Virus record (IMG/VR): IMGVR_UViG_3300043411_002794
Coordinates: 32,001 to 96,000 of that record
Direction: 5' to 3' (one strand)
DNA: 64,000 nt
From: a virus
In this document: in pieces, positions 10,401 to 19,617 of the stretch
How the letters are laid out: every line of letters begins with the position of its first letter
Numbering within the stretch: the first letter of the stretch is position 1
Program-made: the position numbers and the translations under genes
Notes under the pieces: model-generated
Database searches by the model: none
What the model was told of the DNA's origin: nothing
The model's input: the letters and a program-made list of their open reading frames with translations, nothing else

Positions 10401-10752
10401 TGGAATAGCCCCACAGATGCCCCGGCACAAACTGAGCCGGCAAGAGCCGACCCTTGAGATCCACCTGGATCATAAACGTCGGGTCATACAGAGCCCGGCG
10501 ATAGAGGTAGTGCAAACACGGACCAATGGATCGCAGGCGTTTATTGACGCCCGTGCCCATGAAGACCGTGTCGGTGTCGCCCATCAATTCTGCTTGCCGC
10601 AGGAAGTCGGGTCCCGGCAAGGGCATCCCGACGGCGTCCAGCGGATAGAACGGGAATTCGCGGTCGAGATGTTCGCTCGGTCGTCCCTGCAAAATCCCTG
10701 AAAAAGCTTCCAACGTCTGTTCGTAGCTCGTTGGAACGGCAGTTGTCGTCAT
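7450..10752 (-). CDS. Family A DNA polymerase with N-terminal UDG family-4-like domain and 3'-5' exonuclease (SPO1-type architecture)
   Basis: UDG-like ILGKQPG and HPAAVHR; exonuclease ALDAEW and YDVD; polymerase PNLQNI, motif A ADIKGAEL, motif B AKNVNFGIPYG, motif C QIHDA. Confidence 0.93.
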   Translation of the reverse strand: MTTTAVPTSYEQTLEAFSGILQGRPSEHLDREFPFYPLDAVGMPLPGPDFLRQAELMGDTDTVFMGTGVNKRLRSIGPCLHYLYRRALYDPTFMIQVDLKGRLLPAQFVPGHLWGYSTDNFGGGPMQSDVMILGKQPGQDELSRRCNFIGPASDELHKAVYELGIPTDVANSWYVTNLVKHGALDPNLGSMPTTWIKNCLPLLHEELRLVRPKYLLCLGSEASKAVLGSSFGVTNMHGRVIDIEVPLQAREGEQPQMHKIRVMAALHPAAVHRTPELEDPFMEQLRLFWHMINGGEVGAEEKDVDHGNIYTERELSRVVDEILALPVEQNSTIALDAEWHGEQPGEPGSYVRTIQFTYKEKWARCLVLRHPGGAVACSPSIERLMFHMRRLCKSTPGRRVKIGGHFLRADMPWLVNEGLDVRDEYFPDPADPRAGGWDTSLEHHSINETARLKLEEVAMKLTTCPRYDTALSEWKKRFCSVNHLKFEDLEGYGECPAEVLCPDKLRRGDTNPHYGCYDVDVTLRIHVQHTKPGGLLDADRFGNNCWAAYHRHHKASAAVLEMERCGFQIDKDRADELTSVFLQASEVLLADLRTKLNWPNFNHQSHPQCVAMLFGDEYARKRDKQTGQFVRIRPTPEPGHPEPVSLGLQPITSTGKRKKLWVDLINRREDGNFAPSVDKEVLGILGHRNPLARQLRDLKFLTQVVKTVLRKPTQDESTGEFNRDEDGNFEYDAGLLGSMCTDGRVRTHLLQTLETCRFASRRPNLQNISKRREDDYNRILNGAYKDIFRVERLYHHPIRSVLTVPPGYVGIEADIKGAELAVLAWQAQDTLMIEHVRRNDLEEDDPDYFGMHARRACSTFQLSCAPTKKGLSDSGNKGLYVAAKNVNFGIPYGRSAEAIARQCAEEGVNVTVDQCQAMIDSYLHDYSGVDAYLARCRERAVNQHWMSGAYLSYRRLQSTNDRQVIGEQQRQFQNFGIQNGVAEAVNEMLFNFVDYRKQFDPREFYYHLMLQIHDAIILLVPVEHAARVYYDTMARCMTSVPFQPRDLDGTPLNAGPYYFGIDKEMFIHWGEHISEEEVAERNLPRWMLNPPKTYEEAMAA

Positions 10753-10762
10753 AGGTGCTTTC

Positions 10763-10777
10763 GGTAATTAGAAACCC
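10763..10777 (+). promoter_or_regulatory. Junction motif GGTAATTAGAAACCC, copy 1 (inverted relative to flanking genes)
   Basis: Exact 15-mer in the primase-polymerase intergenic gap; other copies at 21566, 38517, 39571, 60372. Confidence 0.6.
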
Positions 10778-10779
10778 GA

Positions 10780-11895
10780 CTACCAGGCAGGCAACGTGAT
10801 ATTGGCCTGGAAAGCCGCATTGCGAATCATTTGAACGTCGAGCTCGTGAGTGTAATCGCCCGGATCGAATTTGTCGGGCAAGCGCACCATTGCGACCGGG
10901 CTAGTGCCGAGTCGCTGTAGCTCGCGGAGGATCCCTTCCGATTGTTGAATGGCGTCATTGTCGAGCATGATGATGATCGGCTTGCCGGTCCACGTCCGCA
11001 GCAGCATCTGCTGCGGGCCGGTGAGAGTCTTGCCGAGCAACGCCACTGCCGGGCCGCCGATGCGCCACACGCTCGGAGCCCCTTCCACCACGACCACGAA
11101 GGGCCAGTCTTTGGCCGTATCGAAGTTGTAGAGCATCCGACTCTTCGGCATGCCCGGACGGCCGTAGTACTTGGGAATACCGCTGGTCTTCCAGTCCACG
11201 TCTTCCAGGTACCGTGTCTGCCAGCCGACGAGCTGGCCCTGCATCTTGATCGGGATGTACAACCGATCGCGGGCGGCCCAGAAGTCCCGCTCCGCTTCCA
11301 GCACATAACCGATATCGAAGGCCTGCTGCAAATATTCCGGCGTGTACTGACGACGCCCGATGTACTGCAAAGCCTTGTGACCCGGATACAGCTCACTAAG
11401 CCGCAGGATCGATCCCGGCGGGCGGACCTGAATCAGCGCGGAGGAGATATCCTCTCCCGGCAAGATGACGGCCTCGCGTCGCATATGGCGACCGATGCTG
11501 CGGAAGATCAGATCTTCCAATGCCCGCCGATTGCCGAAGGTGTCCATGCACGGCTCGTTGAAGCAGTGGGCGAGCCAATGCTGCGGAGCCCCGCGGTCAT
11601 CTTCTTGTCCGTACAAATAGTTGATCCACAGCCGCTGCCGTGAATCGTGACAGAACGGACAATTGACCCGGTAGTACTCGCCCCAGGTCAAGGGACGAGA
11701 CTGCCGACGACGGTTGTTAAACGGCCCCGCCGGCAATCCGGAAGATGCCCGACTGAAACTGTCGCCCGGCATCGTCATGGCCGTCGCCGTCGCCATCGCC
11801 GGAGCGCCGGACATCTGAATGCCCTCGTTGGCGATCATGACGTGTTTGAACTGCTGCACCAGCAAAGAGTAAAGCAGCGGGTTTAATCCTGGCAT
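10780..11895 (-). CDS. DnaG-like DNA primase (Zn finger plus TOPRIM)
   Basis: CPFCHD...HCFNEPC Zn ribbon, VVVEG and IIMLDNDA TOPRIM motifs; TAATG coupling to the helicase supports a start at 11895. Confidence 0.85.
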   Translation of the reverse strand: MPGLNPLLYSLLVQQFKHVMIANEGIQMSGAPAMATATAMTMPGDSFSRASSGLPAGPFNNRRRQSRPLTWGEYYRVNCPFCHDSRQRLWINYLYGQEDDRGAPQHWLAHCFNEPCMDTFGNRRALEDLIFRSIGRHMRREAVILPGEDISSALIQVRPPGSILRLSELYPGHKALQYIGRRQYTPEYLQQAFDIGYVLEAERDFWAARDRLYIPIKMQGQLVGWQTRYLEDVDWKTSGIPKYYGRPGMPKSRMLYNFDTAKDWPFVVVVEGAPSVWRIGGPAVALLGKTLTGPQQMLLRTWTGKPIIIMLDNDAIQQSEGILRELQRLGTSPVAMVRLPDKFDPGDYTHELDVQMIRNAAFQANITLPAW

Positions 11896-13589
11896 TAGTC
11901 CACACCGATCCCGTAGTCTGACTGCGTAGTAGGTCCGACCGCCGGACGAAAGCCCGGCGGACCGTGGCCCGCAGGACCACGCGACACACCCTGAATCTGC
12001 ATCGCCGTCGACGAATCGATGAAGCGACCGCTGGCCAGGTCTAGTTGGTAATTGTTGGCAATCACCATCTGCGAATAGTCGTAATCGATGCGAAGCACGG
12101 CCGGTTGCTTGTTGGCGGCTTCGTGATAACGAACCTTCGACCAGTTGAGCAACAGACATCCCGTCTGTTTGTCCTTCACGCCGAGGCAGCCGCACGCCGC
12201 CAGATTTTCCGCAAACGCCTTCGATTCCGCGGCATCCGAGTGATGCAGCAGTGTCGTCGGAGCCCGCTTATTCTGGTCGCCGTTGAACTGGTGCGCGAGC
12301 CAAACCGTGGCCTGAAACTTCTCCGCCACCTGTTGTCGCAGCTGGTCGCCCAACCGACGTAAGTGATAACGGAGACGATCAGGATCTTCGTCACGAGCTT
12401 CCATGAACCGCGTACAGAGCAAACCGGCGTAGTCGATGTGGACCGTGCCGATCTCCTGCCCGCGTTCTTCTCGTAGCCGAGTCAGCAAACTGACGATCTC
12501 TGCCACGCCGCCGCGGCCTGCATTAGGGAAGCGCTCCGAGCCCGAAGCATCGAGCAGCACGAACGACTTGTTGACCCATTCGCAAGCCCGGGCGTATCGC
12601 TCCGACTCGCTCAGCACCATACCGCCGAACCGCCTCGCTTGCTCCGCACCAAGTTCCAGATCTGCAGGCGACAAATTGGCCTGCGTAGTGAGCTTGGTCC
12701 AGTCCATCTCTTCGATCGTACTGCGCTTGATCTTGGCGGCGTAGGACCAGATACGCGGCCGGATCTTACCCTCCGGTTCTTCGTACGAGATCAAAACCGC
12801 CAGCGGCGATGCAGTGTTGAATTGACGCGAACGCTCGAAATAGTTCTGCGCGTTCTGCAGTGCCAGGTGGCACAACTGCGTCGTCTTACCGCTGCCGAAC
12901 ACGCCCAGCAACCCATTACAGTCGCCCGGCCGCTGCCCCTTGATGTAATCGTCGAAGTGCGGGATCCCGGTCTTGTTGTACAACTGCGGCGGCGGCAACG
13001 GCGTGCCGAACAACGGCATCGCCTCGGCCACCGGCATGTCGCGCATCGCTTCGATCCGCATCATGCGATTCTGTGCATCTTCCAAGATGCCTTGCACATC
13101 GGAGACGTACGTCTGCTCGGCGCCCTGGGCTAACCGCGACTGCAGCGGGAACACCACCAAGCGCTCACGGAGGAAGCGTCGCAAGACGTCGCGGCCCTGA
13201 TCAGGCATCAACTCGGACGTTTTCGTGTTATAGATCGTCCAGATCAAACCGCCCTGCCCGTTGTACACGAGTTGCTGCAGGTCCTGCGGCAACAACGCCG
13301 TCGGGTCAGCGGCGACGCGTCGCTCAATCTCATAGATGAGCGCCATCACGGTCCAGTCCCGGTACTGATCGACCATCGTGGCGAACGTCGCCCACAAGAC
13401 GGCCCAGTGTGCCTCCGTTTGCTGCCGGAACAAATCCGGTCGCAACAGAGGGCGGGCCTCGGCGTAAATCGCCGGGCACCGCATGATGTACAAAAACATG
13501 CAGTAAATTTCTTGCTCGGAAACCGGCACCGTGTGTTCGGCCAGTTGAGTATCTAGTCGACGTTGCGTCCGTTCTGAACGATGCGACAT
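11895..13589 (-). CDS. DnaB-like replicative helicase
   Basis: Walker A GVFGSGKTT, ISYEE, VHIDY and WLAHQFN motifs; adjacent to the primase. Confidence 0.85.
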   Translation of the reverse strand: MSHRSERTQRRLDTQLAEHTVPVSEQEIYCMFLYIMRCPAIYAEARPLLRPDLFRQQTEAHWAVLWATFATMVDQYRDWTVMALIYEIERRVAADPTALLPQDLQQLVYNGQGGLIWTIYNTKTSELMPDQGRDVLRRFLRERLVVFPLQSRLAQGAEQTYVSDVQGILEDAQNRMMRIEAMRDMPVAEAMPLFGTPLPPPQLYNKTGIPHFDDYIKGQRPGDCNGLLGVFGSGKTTQLCHLALQNAQNYFERSRQFNTASPLAVLISYEEPEGKIRPRIWSYAAKIKRSTIEEMDWTKLTTQANLSPADLELGAEQARRFGGMVLSESERYARACEWVNKSFVLLDASGSERFPNAGRGGVAEIVSLLTRLREERGQEIGTVHIDYAGLLCTRFMEARDEDPDRLRYHLRRLGDQLRQQVAEKFQATVWLAHQFNGDQNKRAPTTLLHHSDAAESKAFAENLAACGCLGVKDKQTGCLLLNWSKVRYHEAANKQPAVLRIDYDYSQMVIANNYQLDLASGRFIDSSTAMQIQGVSRGPAGHGPPGFRPAVGPTTQSDYGIGVD

Positions 13590-13591
13590 TG

Positions 13592-14281
13592 TTATCCTTT
13601 CGGGCTAGTCATTTCGCGCTGAATCTGCGTAGCTTCATCGCGAATAGGTTGCGGCAGCGTCGGTAGTAATCGGTCGTACGCAACGCGATTGAACAGGTAT
13701 TCCACGGCGGCCTGACGGAGAAAGTCCGCCGCCAATTCATGCAGACCAAACTCAGTTGCCATGCAGTACCGCAGCAGCGGTCCCGCCTGCACGCGGTGTC
13801 GGTCACAAATAGCCGTGACCTGAATGGCTCGATCCGTTTGGGCCGGATAGAGTCGTTTCAAAGCCCAGATCTCGGTCTGCACGACTTCCCGTTGTCGATG
13901 CCACGACTCGGCAATCTCTGAGCTGCGCTCGGCGGTGATCTGGTAATAGTGCGAAAGAATATCACCGTGTGTCAGCGTATTCGGGGCAGGCGGCGTACGC
14001 CCGCGACGAAGTGCAAACGCCGCCTGGATGTACACGATCGGATCGAGCTGGTGCTGCGTGAAGAAGTCGGCCAGCCGCGGCCAGATCGGCCGGTGGTTAC
14101 GACCAAACGAATCGCGACCGCCATCCCAGTGCGGGATCTCTTCATCGCCGTAGGTCAGCGCCGACGGACACGCACGACGATACTCGGCGCAGTAGATGCT
14201 CCGAATAAACGTCGGCAGTACCGCTTCGGTGATCTCTCCCAAACCTTCGCCGAGAGAGATTCCTCGTCTCGGGTCGGTCAT
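13592..14281 (-). CDS. Hypothetical protein in replication module
   Basis: 229-aa ORF coupled to the flanking helicase genes. Confidence 0.6.
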   Translation of the reverse strand: MTDPRRGISLGEGLGEITEAVLPTFIRSIYCAEYRRACPSALTYGDEEIPHWDGGRDSFGRNHRPIWPRLADFFTQHQLDPIVYIQAAFALRRGRTPPAPNTLTHGDILSHYYQITAERSSEIAESWHRQREVVQTEIWALKRLYPAQTDRAIQVTAICDRHRVQAGPLLRYCMATEFGLHELAADFLRQAAVEYLFNRVAYDRLLPTLPQPIRDEATQIQREMTSPKG

Positions 14282-15792
14282 AGGAAAGATCTCGTCATTT
14301 CGGCTTGGCCAATTTGTCGCTTACCCTGGTCCCAGTCCTGATCCCACTCCAGTTCCTTGTAGGTTCCATAGCGGGACTTGGAGCGACGCAAGAAGTCGTC
14401 GTCCCAGTAGTCGATCGTGTCGATCACCTGGCCGTACTCTTTGCCGTCGTGCAAACGAGAGGCACGACCAGGGCCCTGGGTATCCAGGATTTCCGAACTG
14501 CGGGCATCGGCCCGCACGACGGTCTGCAGGGCGGTGAAGTCGACGCCGGTCGCCCAGACGTCAGTGGCGATCACTCGCTTGAGCTGTTGCTGTTCGAACG
14601 CGAGCTGCATGTTGTAGCGCACTTCCGACGTCACATCGACGAAGTGCTGCGGCAACATTCCCGTCGCCTTGTAGTTGTTGAATTCCTCCGGCTTCATTTC
14701 CGCATAGCACAGCGCGAAGTCTTTCAACTCCTGCCACAGGTGCACGGCATGCTCAACGGTCTCGACCAACACGAGCACCTGCTCGTCGGCCGGGATCGTA
14801 CGAACCTCGTCGGCGATGATCCTGTTGCGGAACGCATTTCGCCAGATTCCCCATCGCTTCTGTGCCGTGTCCTTCTTGCCCTTCGCCGGATTCTTGTCCA
14901 TGCGAATCGGCAACCAACGTACGCGGATCGGAACGACCAACCCGAGACGCACGGCCTCGGCGTAGGACATCTCGAAAAGCAACGGGCCGAACAAACCTTC
15001 CAACCGGACTTCGGCTCCATCCATCCGACCGAACGGCGTGGCGGAGAACCCGAAGTTACGGCTAAACCGATAAATCTCGGCCAGCTTGTTGGCATAGTTG
15101 TCGGTCACCAGCTGGTGACATTCATCGCCAAAGAGGAAGTCGGCGTCGCCGTTGCTGCGATGCACGCTATCGGCCGTGATAACCATGACGCGCCCCCACT
15201 GGGCCTTTCCGCCGCCCAGCATCCCGACGCTCGGCAAGTACTTCCGCAGCTGCCGCATGATACGACTGGCCACGGCTACCTGCTTCACAACGATGTGGAT
15301 GTTGGCATACGGATAGCGAAGCGCCATGGCGCAGATCAGCGAGGTCTTACCGAAACCGGTCGGAGCCTTGATGACCCCGCCGCGGTGGCGATCCATCGTC
15401 TCCACGCACTCCTGCTGCCGTGCCCGGTACTGCAGCACCTGCTCGATGTTGTTGGCAAACAGCTGGAAGCGATTCGGTCGATGATGATCGGCCGTCAGAT
15501 CGAGCTCACGGACATGGTGCCCGAGCGAACGAAGCTTCTGTACGATCGACTGTGCGAAGCCGGCCGCACAAGTAAAGCGGCCTTCGTCCAAACGATAGAG
15601 CGTCCGTGTCTGCAGCGAGACGGGGCGGTAGACGCCCTCGGGGTTGGCGTACGCTGCGCGGCCGCGAAGAAAAGTTTTATGGGTGTAGGTCAGCCCTGGC
15701 GCCAGGGCCGAGACTATCTCGGGAGGAAGAGGATTCTTTCCGTCCGGCGAGACGTCGATGAGATTTGCGCTGCGACGAATAAGAATGTGCAT
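14278..15792 (-). CDS. Superfamily 2 helicase (UvsW/Res-like)
   Basis: APTGFGKT, GDECH, FSATP, TDVWATGVD and QGPGRASR motifs; probable start MHILIRR. Confidence 0.88.
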   Translation of the reverse strand: MHILIRRSANLIDVSPDGKNPLPPEIVSALAPGLTYTHKTFLRGRAAYANPEGVYRPVSLQTRTLYRLDEGRFTCAAGFAQSIVQKLRSLGHHVRELDLTADHHRPNRFQLFANNIEQVLQYRARQQECVETMDRHRGGVIKAPTGFGKTSLICAMALRYPYANIHIVVKQVAVASRIMRQLRKYLPSVGMLGGGKAQWGRVMVITADSVHRSNGDADFLFGDECHQLVTDNYANKLAEIYRFSRNFGFSATPFGRMDGAEVRLEGLFGPLLFEMSYAEAVRLGLVVPIRVRWLPIRMDKNPAKGKKDTAQKRWGIWRNAFRNRIIADEVRTIPADEQVLVLVETVEHAVHLWQELKDFALCYAEMKPEEFNNYKATGMLPQHFVDVTSEVRYNMQLAFEQQQLKRVIATDVWATGVDFTALQTVVRADARSSEILDTQGPGRASRLHDGKEYGQVIDTIDYWDDDFLRRSKSRYGTYKELEWDQDWDQGKRQIGQAEMTRSFL

Positions 15793-15846
15793 ACGTCCAC
15801 CGTATTTCGTATCCGGAAGACTTGCACACCCCAACAGCTTGCGCTA

Positions 15847-16407
15847 TCATTGTGAAGTCGTTCCATTGGTGCCAGCCGATTGGAAGCCACAGGGGTCTTG
15901 CGATGCCGGTCGCAAGACCCCATTTTTTATGCGCTGTTCTTCCGAGAAGACTCGGCGTCCCAACGCGGTAATTTCAAACGTACCGTACTTCTCCCGTTTG
16001 TCGTGATAGGGCGAGAAGCCTCGCTCTTTCCCGATAAACGTCAACAGTCGATGGAACGCCGGCAGCTCCATCTCCTCGGGCAACTTAGCGTGCACTTGAA
16101 TCGTGCTGCCGGGCTCGAACTGCTCATGAAACACAAAGGCCTGCGGACCAGCGGCCGTCTTTCTGCGATACGACTGCGTGGACGGAACCCCGTGAATCAC
16201 GAGATCCCAAGCAACGCGATCGACCATCCCTTGACAACTGTTCGTCGTCATGGCGGCGTACCGCAATAACGACTCCCACTGCTCAGGAAGAAAGATGATT
16301 TGCCGCTGCGCGTTGCGGAGAAAGCGAAACCAAGCCCCTTTGCCGCGGCGCTCTCGCACAGTCCCTAAACAAGGGAACGTGAATTCGAGCGTAGCGGTGA
16401 CTTCCAT
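15847..16407 (-). CDS. Divergent RAMP/Cas7-like protein
   Basis: N-terminal TLEFTFPCLG strand, HEQFEPGSTI, and C-terminal IGKERGFSPY...YGTFEI matching RAMP layout with a degenerate G-rich loop. Confidence 0.58.
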   Translation of the reverse strand: MEVTATLEFTFPCLGTVRERRGKGAWFRFLRNAQRQIIFLPEQWESLLRYAAMTTNSCQGMVDRVAWDLVIHGVPSTQSYRRKTAAGPQAFVFHEQFEPGSTIQVHAKLPEEMELPAFHRLLTFIGKERGFSPYHDKREKYGTFEITALGRRVFSEEQRIKNGVLRPASQDPCGFQSAGTNGTTSQ

Positions 16408-16458
16408 TTCTCAACTCCGAGCGCGGTCGGCCATCCTAGCTTCGTGCCATATGGCGTG

Positions 16459-17388
16459 TCAAACAGTAGTCGCGAACTCCGCGAGGTGCGACTTATAAGC
16501 CGTGAGCTCATCATCAGTTTTGAAGATTCTAGTCGGATCAAAAACATCAACCTGCTGTCGATTGAGTCCCTGCAGCCAGGTGTAATTCAGGAACGACAAG
16601 AACATTTGTGAGGCCCGCAGATCACCCCGCGCGCCGCGTCCGGCAGCATGCCAGATGCGCCACAAGAAATGCCCGGGGATTTGCATCTCAGCCGCGGAAG
16701 GCGGTTCCCGGTGCTGCCATGCTGCTAGCACGCAGAAGTTGCGTCGCGACTGCGCATCAATCACCAGCGACGTTGACGACGAAACCTGGGCCTGTTGCTG
16801 CACGTCGAGCCCCATGAACCGCCGCAACTTGTTGGTACGGTAAGGAGTATCCGAAGCAACATACCAACGCGGATCGCGAATCGCCGCCACCACGTGTGCG
16901 ACGAAGTAGGGATGCAGATCCTGCAGAAAACACAGCGAGGACCATGCCGGATGCCGTCGCAAGAGCTCGAGTCCCGTGGCGTCCAAGTCACCCGCATTTT
17001 CACGTAATCGTTTTGCCAGGGCATAGGTCACGTAATCTCCGGCAGTCATCGTATGCCAGCCGCCTAGTGCCGGCGGCAACGAACACTGCCGCATCCGAAA
17101 CAAAGCAATCTGCGGATTCTGCAGCTCGCGACGCGTGCTGCAAAGCAACGGACTAGCCACCTCAAAACGAGCCACCGACTGACCCAACTGCTGGTAGAGG
17201 CCTACCAGCAGGTCCACGTTGCCCTCGGTGCCGAGCAGACGAATACTGCGCGGCCGGGTGAATAACGGCCCAGTCACAAAATTGTGTGACGGCATACGAG
17301 ACGAACACGGCGACCGCGTACCGTCGGAGTACCACACGATGCCGTCCGGCGCCGTGTGAATTTTAAGCGTAAGTTCTTCGGCAATCAC
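16459..17388 (-). CDS. IS110-C-terminal/Nop-domain (Tas-like) protein
   Basis: HPAWSSLCFLQDLHPYFVAHVVAAIRDPRW...KLRRFMGL and ASQMFLSFLNYTWLQGL resemble the Transposase_20/Nop-like domain; no clear DEDD RuvC. Confidence 0.52.
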   Translation of the reverse strand: MIAEELTLKIHTAPDGIVWYSDGTRSPCSSRMPSHNFVTGPLFTRPRSIRLLGTEGNVDLLVGLYQQLGQSVARFEVASPLLCSTRRELQNPQIALFRMRQCSLPPALGGWHTMTAGDYVTYALAKRLRENAGDLDATGLELLRRHPAWSSLCFLQDLHPYFVAHVVAAIRDPRWYVASDTPYRTNKLRRFMGLDVQQQAQVSSSTSLVIDAQSRRNFCVLAAWQHREPPSAAEMQIPGHFLWRIWHAAGRGARGDLRASQMFLSFLNYTWLQGLNRQQVDVFDPTRIFKTDDELTAYKSHLAEFATTV

Positions 17389-17406
17389 GGGTACGGCGCT
17401 CCGTAA

Positions 17407-19617
17407 TTACAGGGAGATGACGTGGTCGAACAGCGGCGCGAGTTCTTCTTCGTGCGTGACGATGATCACCTGCAGGCCGCGATCGGCCAGGATCCCGCGT
17501 AAACGGTCGAACACCGGGGCAAATGCGGCAATCGCCTTCTTGTCGAGATAGGCGGTTGGCTCGTCGAGGAACAGTACATCCAGATTCTCAGCGAACTGGA
17601 CGGCGGCAGCAATCCGGAACAACCAGGCAAGCAGGGTCTTCTGCCCGCCGGAAAGCCGTCGAGCACCCTGGCGGCGGCCGTCGTGAAAGAGGGCTGAGAA
17701 GTTCAGCGAGTCGTCGGCCATGACGGTAAACGGGGCGTCGCAGATCCGGAGCAAGTCGTTCAGCTCGCCCTCGGCCCGCTGCAAACGGGTCTGCAGCACG
17801 ATCTTTTGCGATTGCTTGAGGGCTTCCTGAACTTCCGTGCCTTCCTGGATCCAGTTACGCATCCGGTTCGCCTCAGCAATCCGCTGCGACATCCGTTGCG
17901 ACTCGGCCAGCAGCTGCTCGACCTGCGGCCGCAACCCGGCTACCCGCGTCGAGCAGGTCACGTGGAGCTGCTGCTGCGACGTACGCTGCATGATCCGCGT
18001 GGCGGCCGCCTGAGCCTCTTCCGGCTTCGGTGCGTTCAGCCAACGCTGCGTAAGGGCCTGCAGCTGCTCCTGCTTGGCCGCTATCGATCCTTCCGACTTG
18101 GCGACGCGTTCTTCGATCGTCGAGATCTTGGCCCGTACCTGAGTCAGCATCACCGATGCCTCGTCGTAGGTCTTGATCTTGGACTGCCACTCCACGGCGT
18201 TGCCGTCGACCGGCGTCAACGTCTGCGGCGACTGAAGTTGCGTCCGCAGCGTCTTGAGTTCGCTTTCACGCACGGCATTAGCCTGCGACCAAGCCGCGTG
18301 CGCCTGCTGTTGCTGTACCCGCTTCGCCCGGGCCTGCTGATAAGTCGTAGTAGCGGCTAGGTATTGATCTGCAGCCTGTTGAGCAACAGCCCGCAACTCC
18401 GTAAGCTCGGCCTGCAGAGTAGCCAGTTGCTGCGACTTACCCGGGATTCCGGCCTCCACCTTGGACACGGTGTCCGCGATGTTGGTCGTAGGAGTCCGGC
18501 ACGTCGGGCACTCGGCAATCCCGGTCAAACGAAACTGCGAAACATACGACTGATCCTTGAGGATCTCGGCAGTAATAGCCGCAATCGCATTGCCCAGCTC
18601 GGCGACGCGGGGATTCGTTTCCGGCGGCTTCGGCGCCTCCGGTTCGGCATCGACGGTCGGTTCGGGTGTACCGCTCCGCTCCAGCACGGCAACACGGTCC
18701 TGCCATTGCTGCCGCTGCTCCAGCACTTGCTGGTAATTGCGCAAGTTGATGATCGCCGCCCGAATCGCGTCCACGTTCTGGCGTTCCGCGGTGATCATGT
18801 TCTCCAGGCTAAGCGCCGCCGATCGCAGTTCAATCAGCGAGGACTTGTCCGGAAAGATCGCTGCGGTGAGCTGGCTGATCTCCATCGCCAAGGCGTCCTG
18901 CTGCCCGGTGGCGGCAAGATACCCGGCATAAGCATCTACGATCTTTTGATCGGCAGACTGGGCCGTCGCGAAGTCCGCGATCGAATCCACTACCGCCAGT
19001 TGCTGCTCGGCCTGCGCCAATTCAGCTTGCTTCTGCTGCAAATTAAGCAGCAGCGTATCGAGGTTGCCCTGCGTCTCCGCAGGCACCTGCAGCTTAGAAT
19101 CGTGGTCGGCGATCGCCTTGATGCAGCGGGCCGCGTGCGTCGTGTCGAACAGCTGCTGAAACAGCTTCAGCCGTACCTCGGGCTGCTCGGCCAAGAACCC
19201 GAAGATATCTTCCTGGGCCACGAGCATAAAACGATCCACGAGCTTCGGATCAAGCCCATACAACTCGGCCAGCTTAGCGGTGACCTTCGTCTCGCCGGCC
19301 GCCGCCAGGACGCCGTCGTACTGTAGCGTCGCTTGATCCGTGTCGGGACGGAGGCTGCGGTACAACTCGAAGTTGTGTCCGCGCTTGGTCATCTTCATCC
19401 GCGCGTTCGCCCGTTCGTGCGGCGGGGCGAGCTGGTAGATGTTTTCCTGCTTGGTCCCGAAGTTCGGGTTCAAGCCGGTCCACAGCCATTTCACCGCCGC
19501 CTGGATGTTTGACTTACCGGACCCGTTCGGCCCGATCAGGGCCGTGATTCCAGGCCCGAATTCAAGCACACGGTGACTGTGCTGGCACCAATTGACCAGC
19601 GTCAACTCCGTAATCAT
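17407..19617 (-). CDS. SbcC/Rad50-like SMC ATPase
   Basis: GPNGSGKS, long coiled coil with CPTC hook, LSGGQ signature, LFLDEPT Walker B, VTH. Confidence 0.92.
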   Translation of the reverse strand: MITELTLVNWCQHSHRVLEFGPGITALIGPNGSGKSNIQAAVKWLWTGLNPNFGTKQENIYQLAPPHERANARMKMTKRGHNFELYRSLRPDTDQATLQYDGVLAAAGETKVTAKLAELYGLDPKLVDRFMLVAQEDIFGFLAEQPEVRLKLFQQLFDTTHAARCIKAIADHDSKLQVPAETQGNLDTLLLNLQQKQAELAQAEQQLAVVDSIADFATAQSADQKIVDAYAGYLAATGQQDALAMEISQLTAAIFPDKSSLIELRSAALSLENMITAERQNVDAIRAAIINLRNYQQVLEQRQQWQDRVAVLERSGTPEPTVDAEPEAPKPPETNPRVAELGNAIAAITAEILKDQSYVSQFRLTGIAECPTCRTPTTNIADTVSKVEAGIPGKSQQLATLQAELTELRAVAQQAADQYLAATTTYQQARAKRVQQQQAHAAWSQANAVRESELKTLRTQLQSPQTLTPVDGNAVEWQSKIKTYDEASVMLTQVRAKISTIEERVAKSEGSIAAKQEQLQALTQRWLNAPKPEEAQAAATRIMQRTSQQQLHVTCSTRVAGLRPQVEQLLAESQRMSQRIAEANRMRNWIQEGTEVQEALKQSQKIVLQTRLQRAEGELNDLLRICDAPFTVMADDSLNFSALFHDGRRQGARRLSGGQKTLLAWLFRIAAAVQFAENLDVLFLDEPTAYLDKKAIAAFAPVFDRLRGILADRGLQVIIVTHEEELAPLFDHVISL

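Noticed and set aside
16459-17388. Active IS110 insertion sequence
   Set aside because: No recognisable N-terminal DEDD RuvC motif, no non-coding end large enough for a bridge RNA, and the gene is tightly embedded in the operon.
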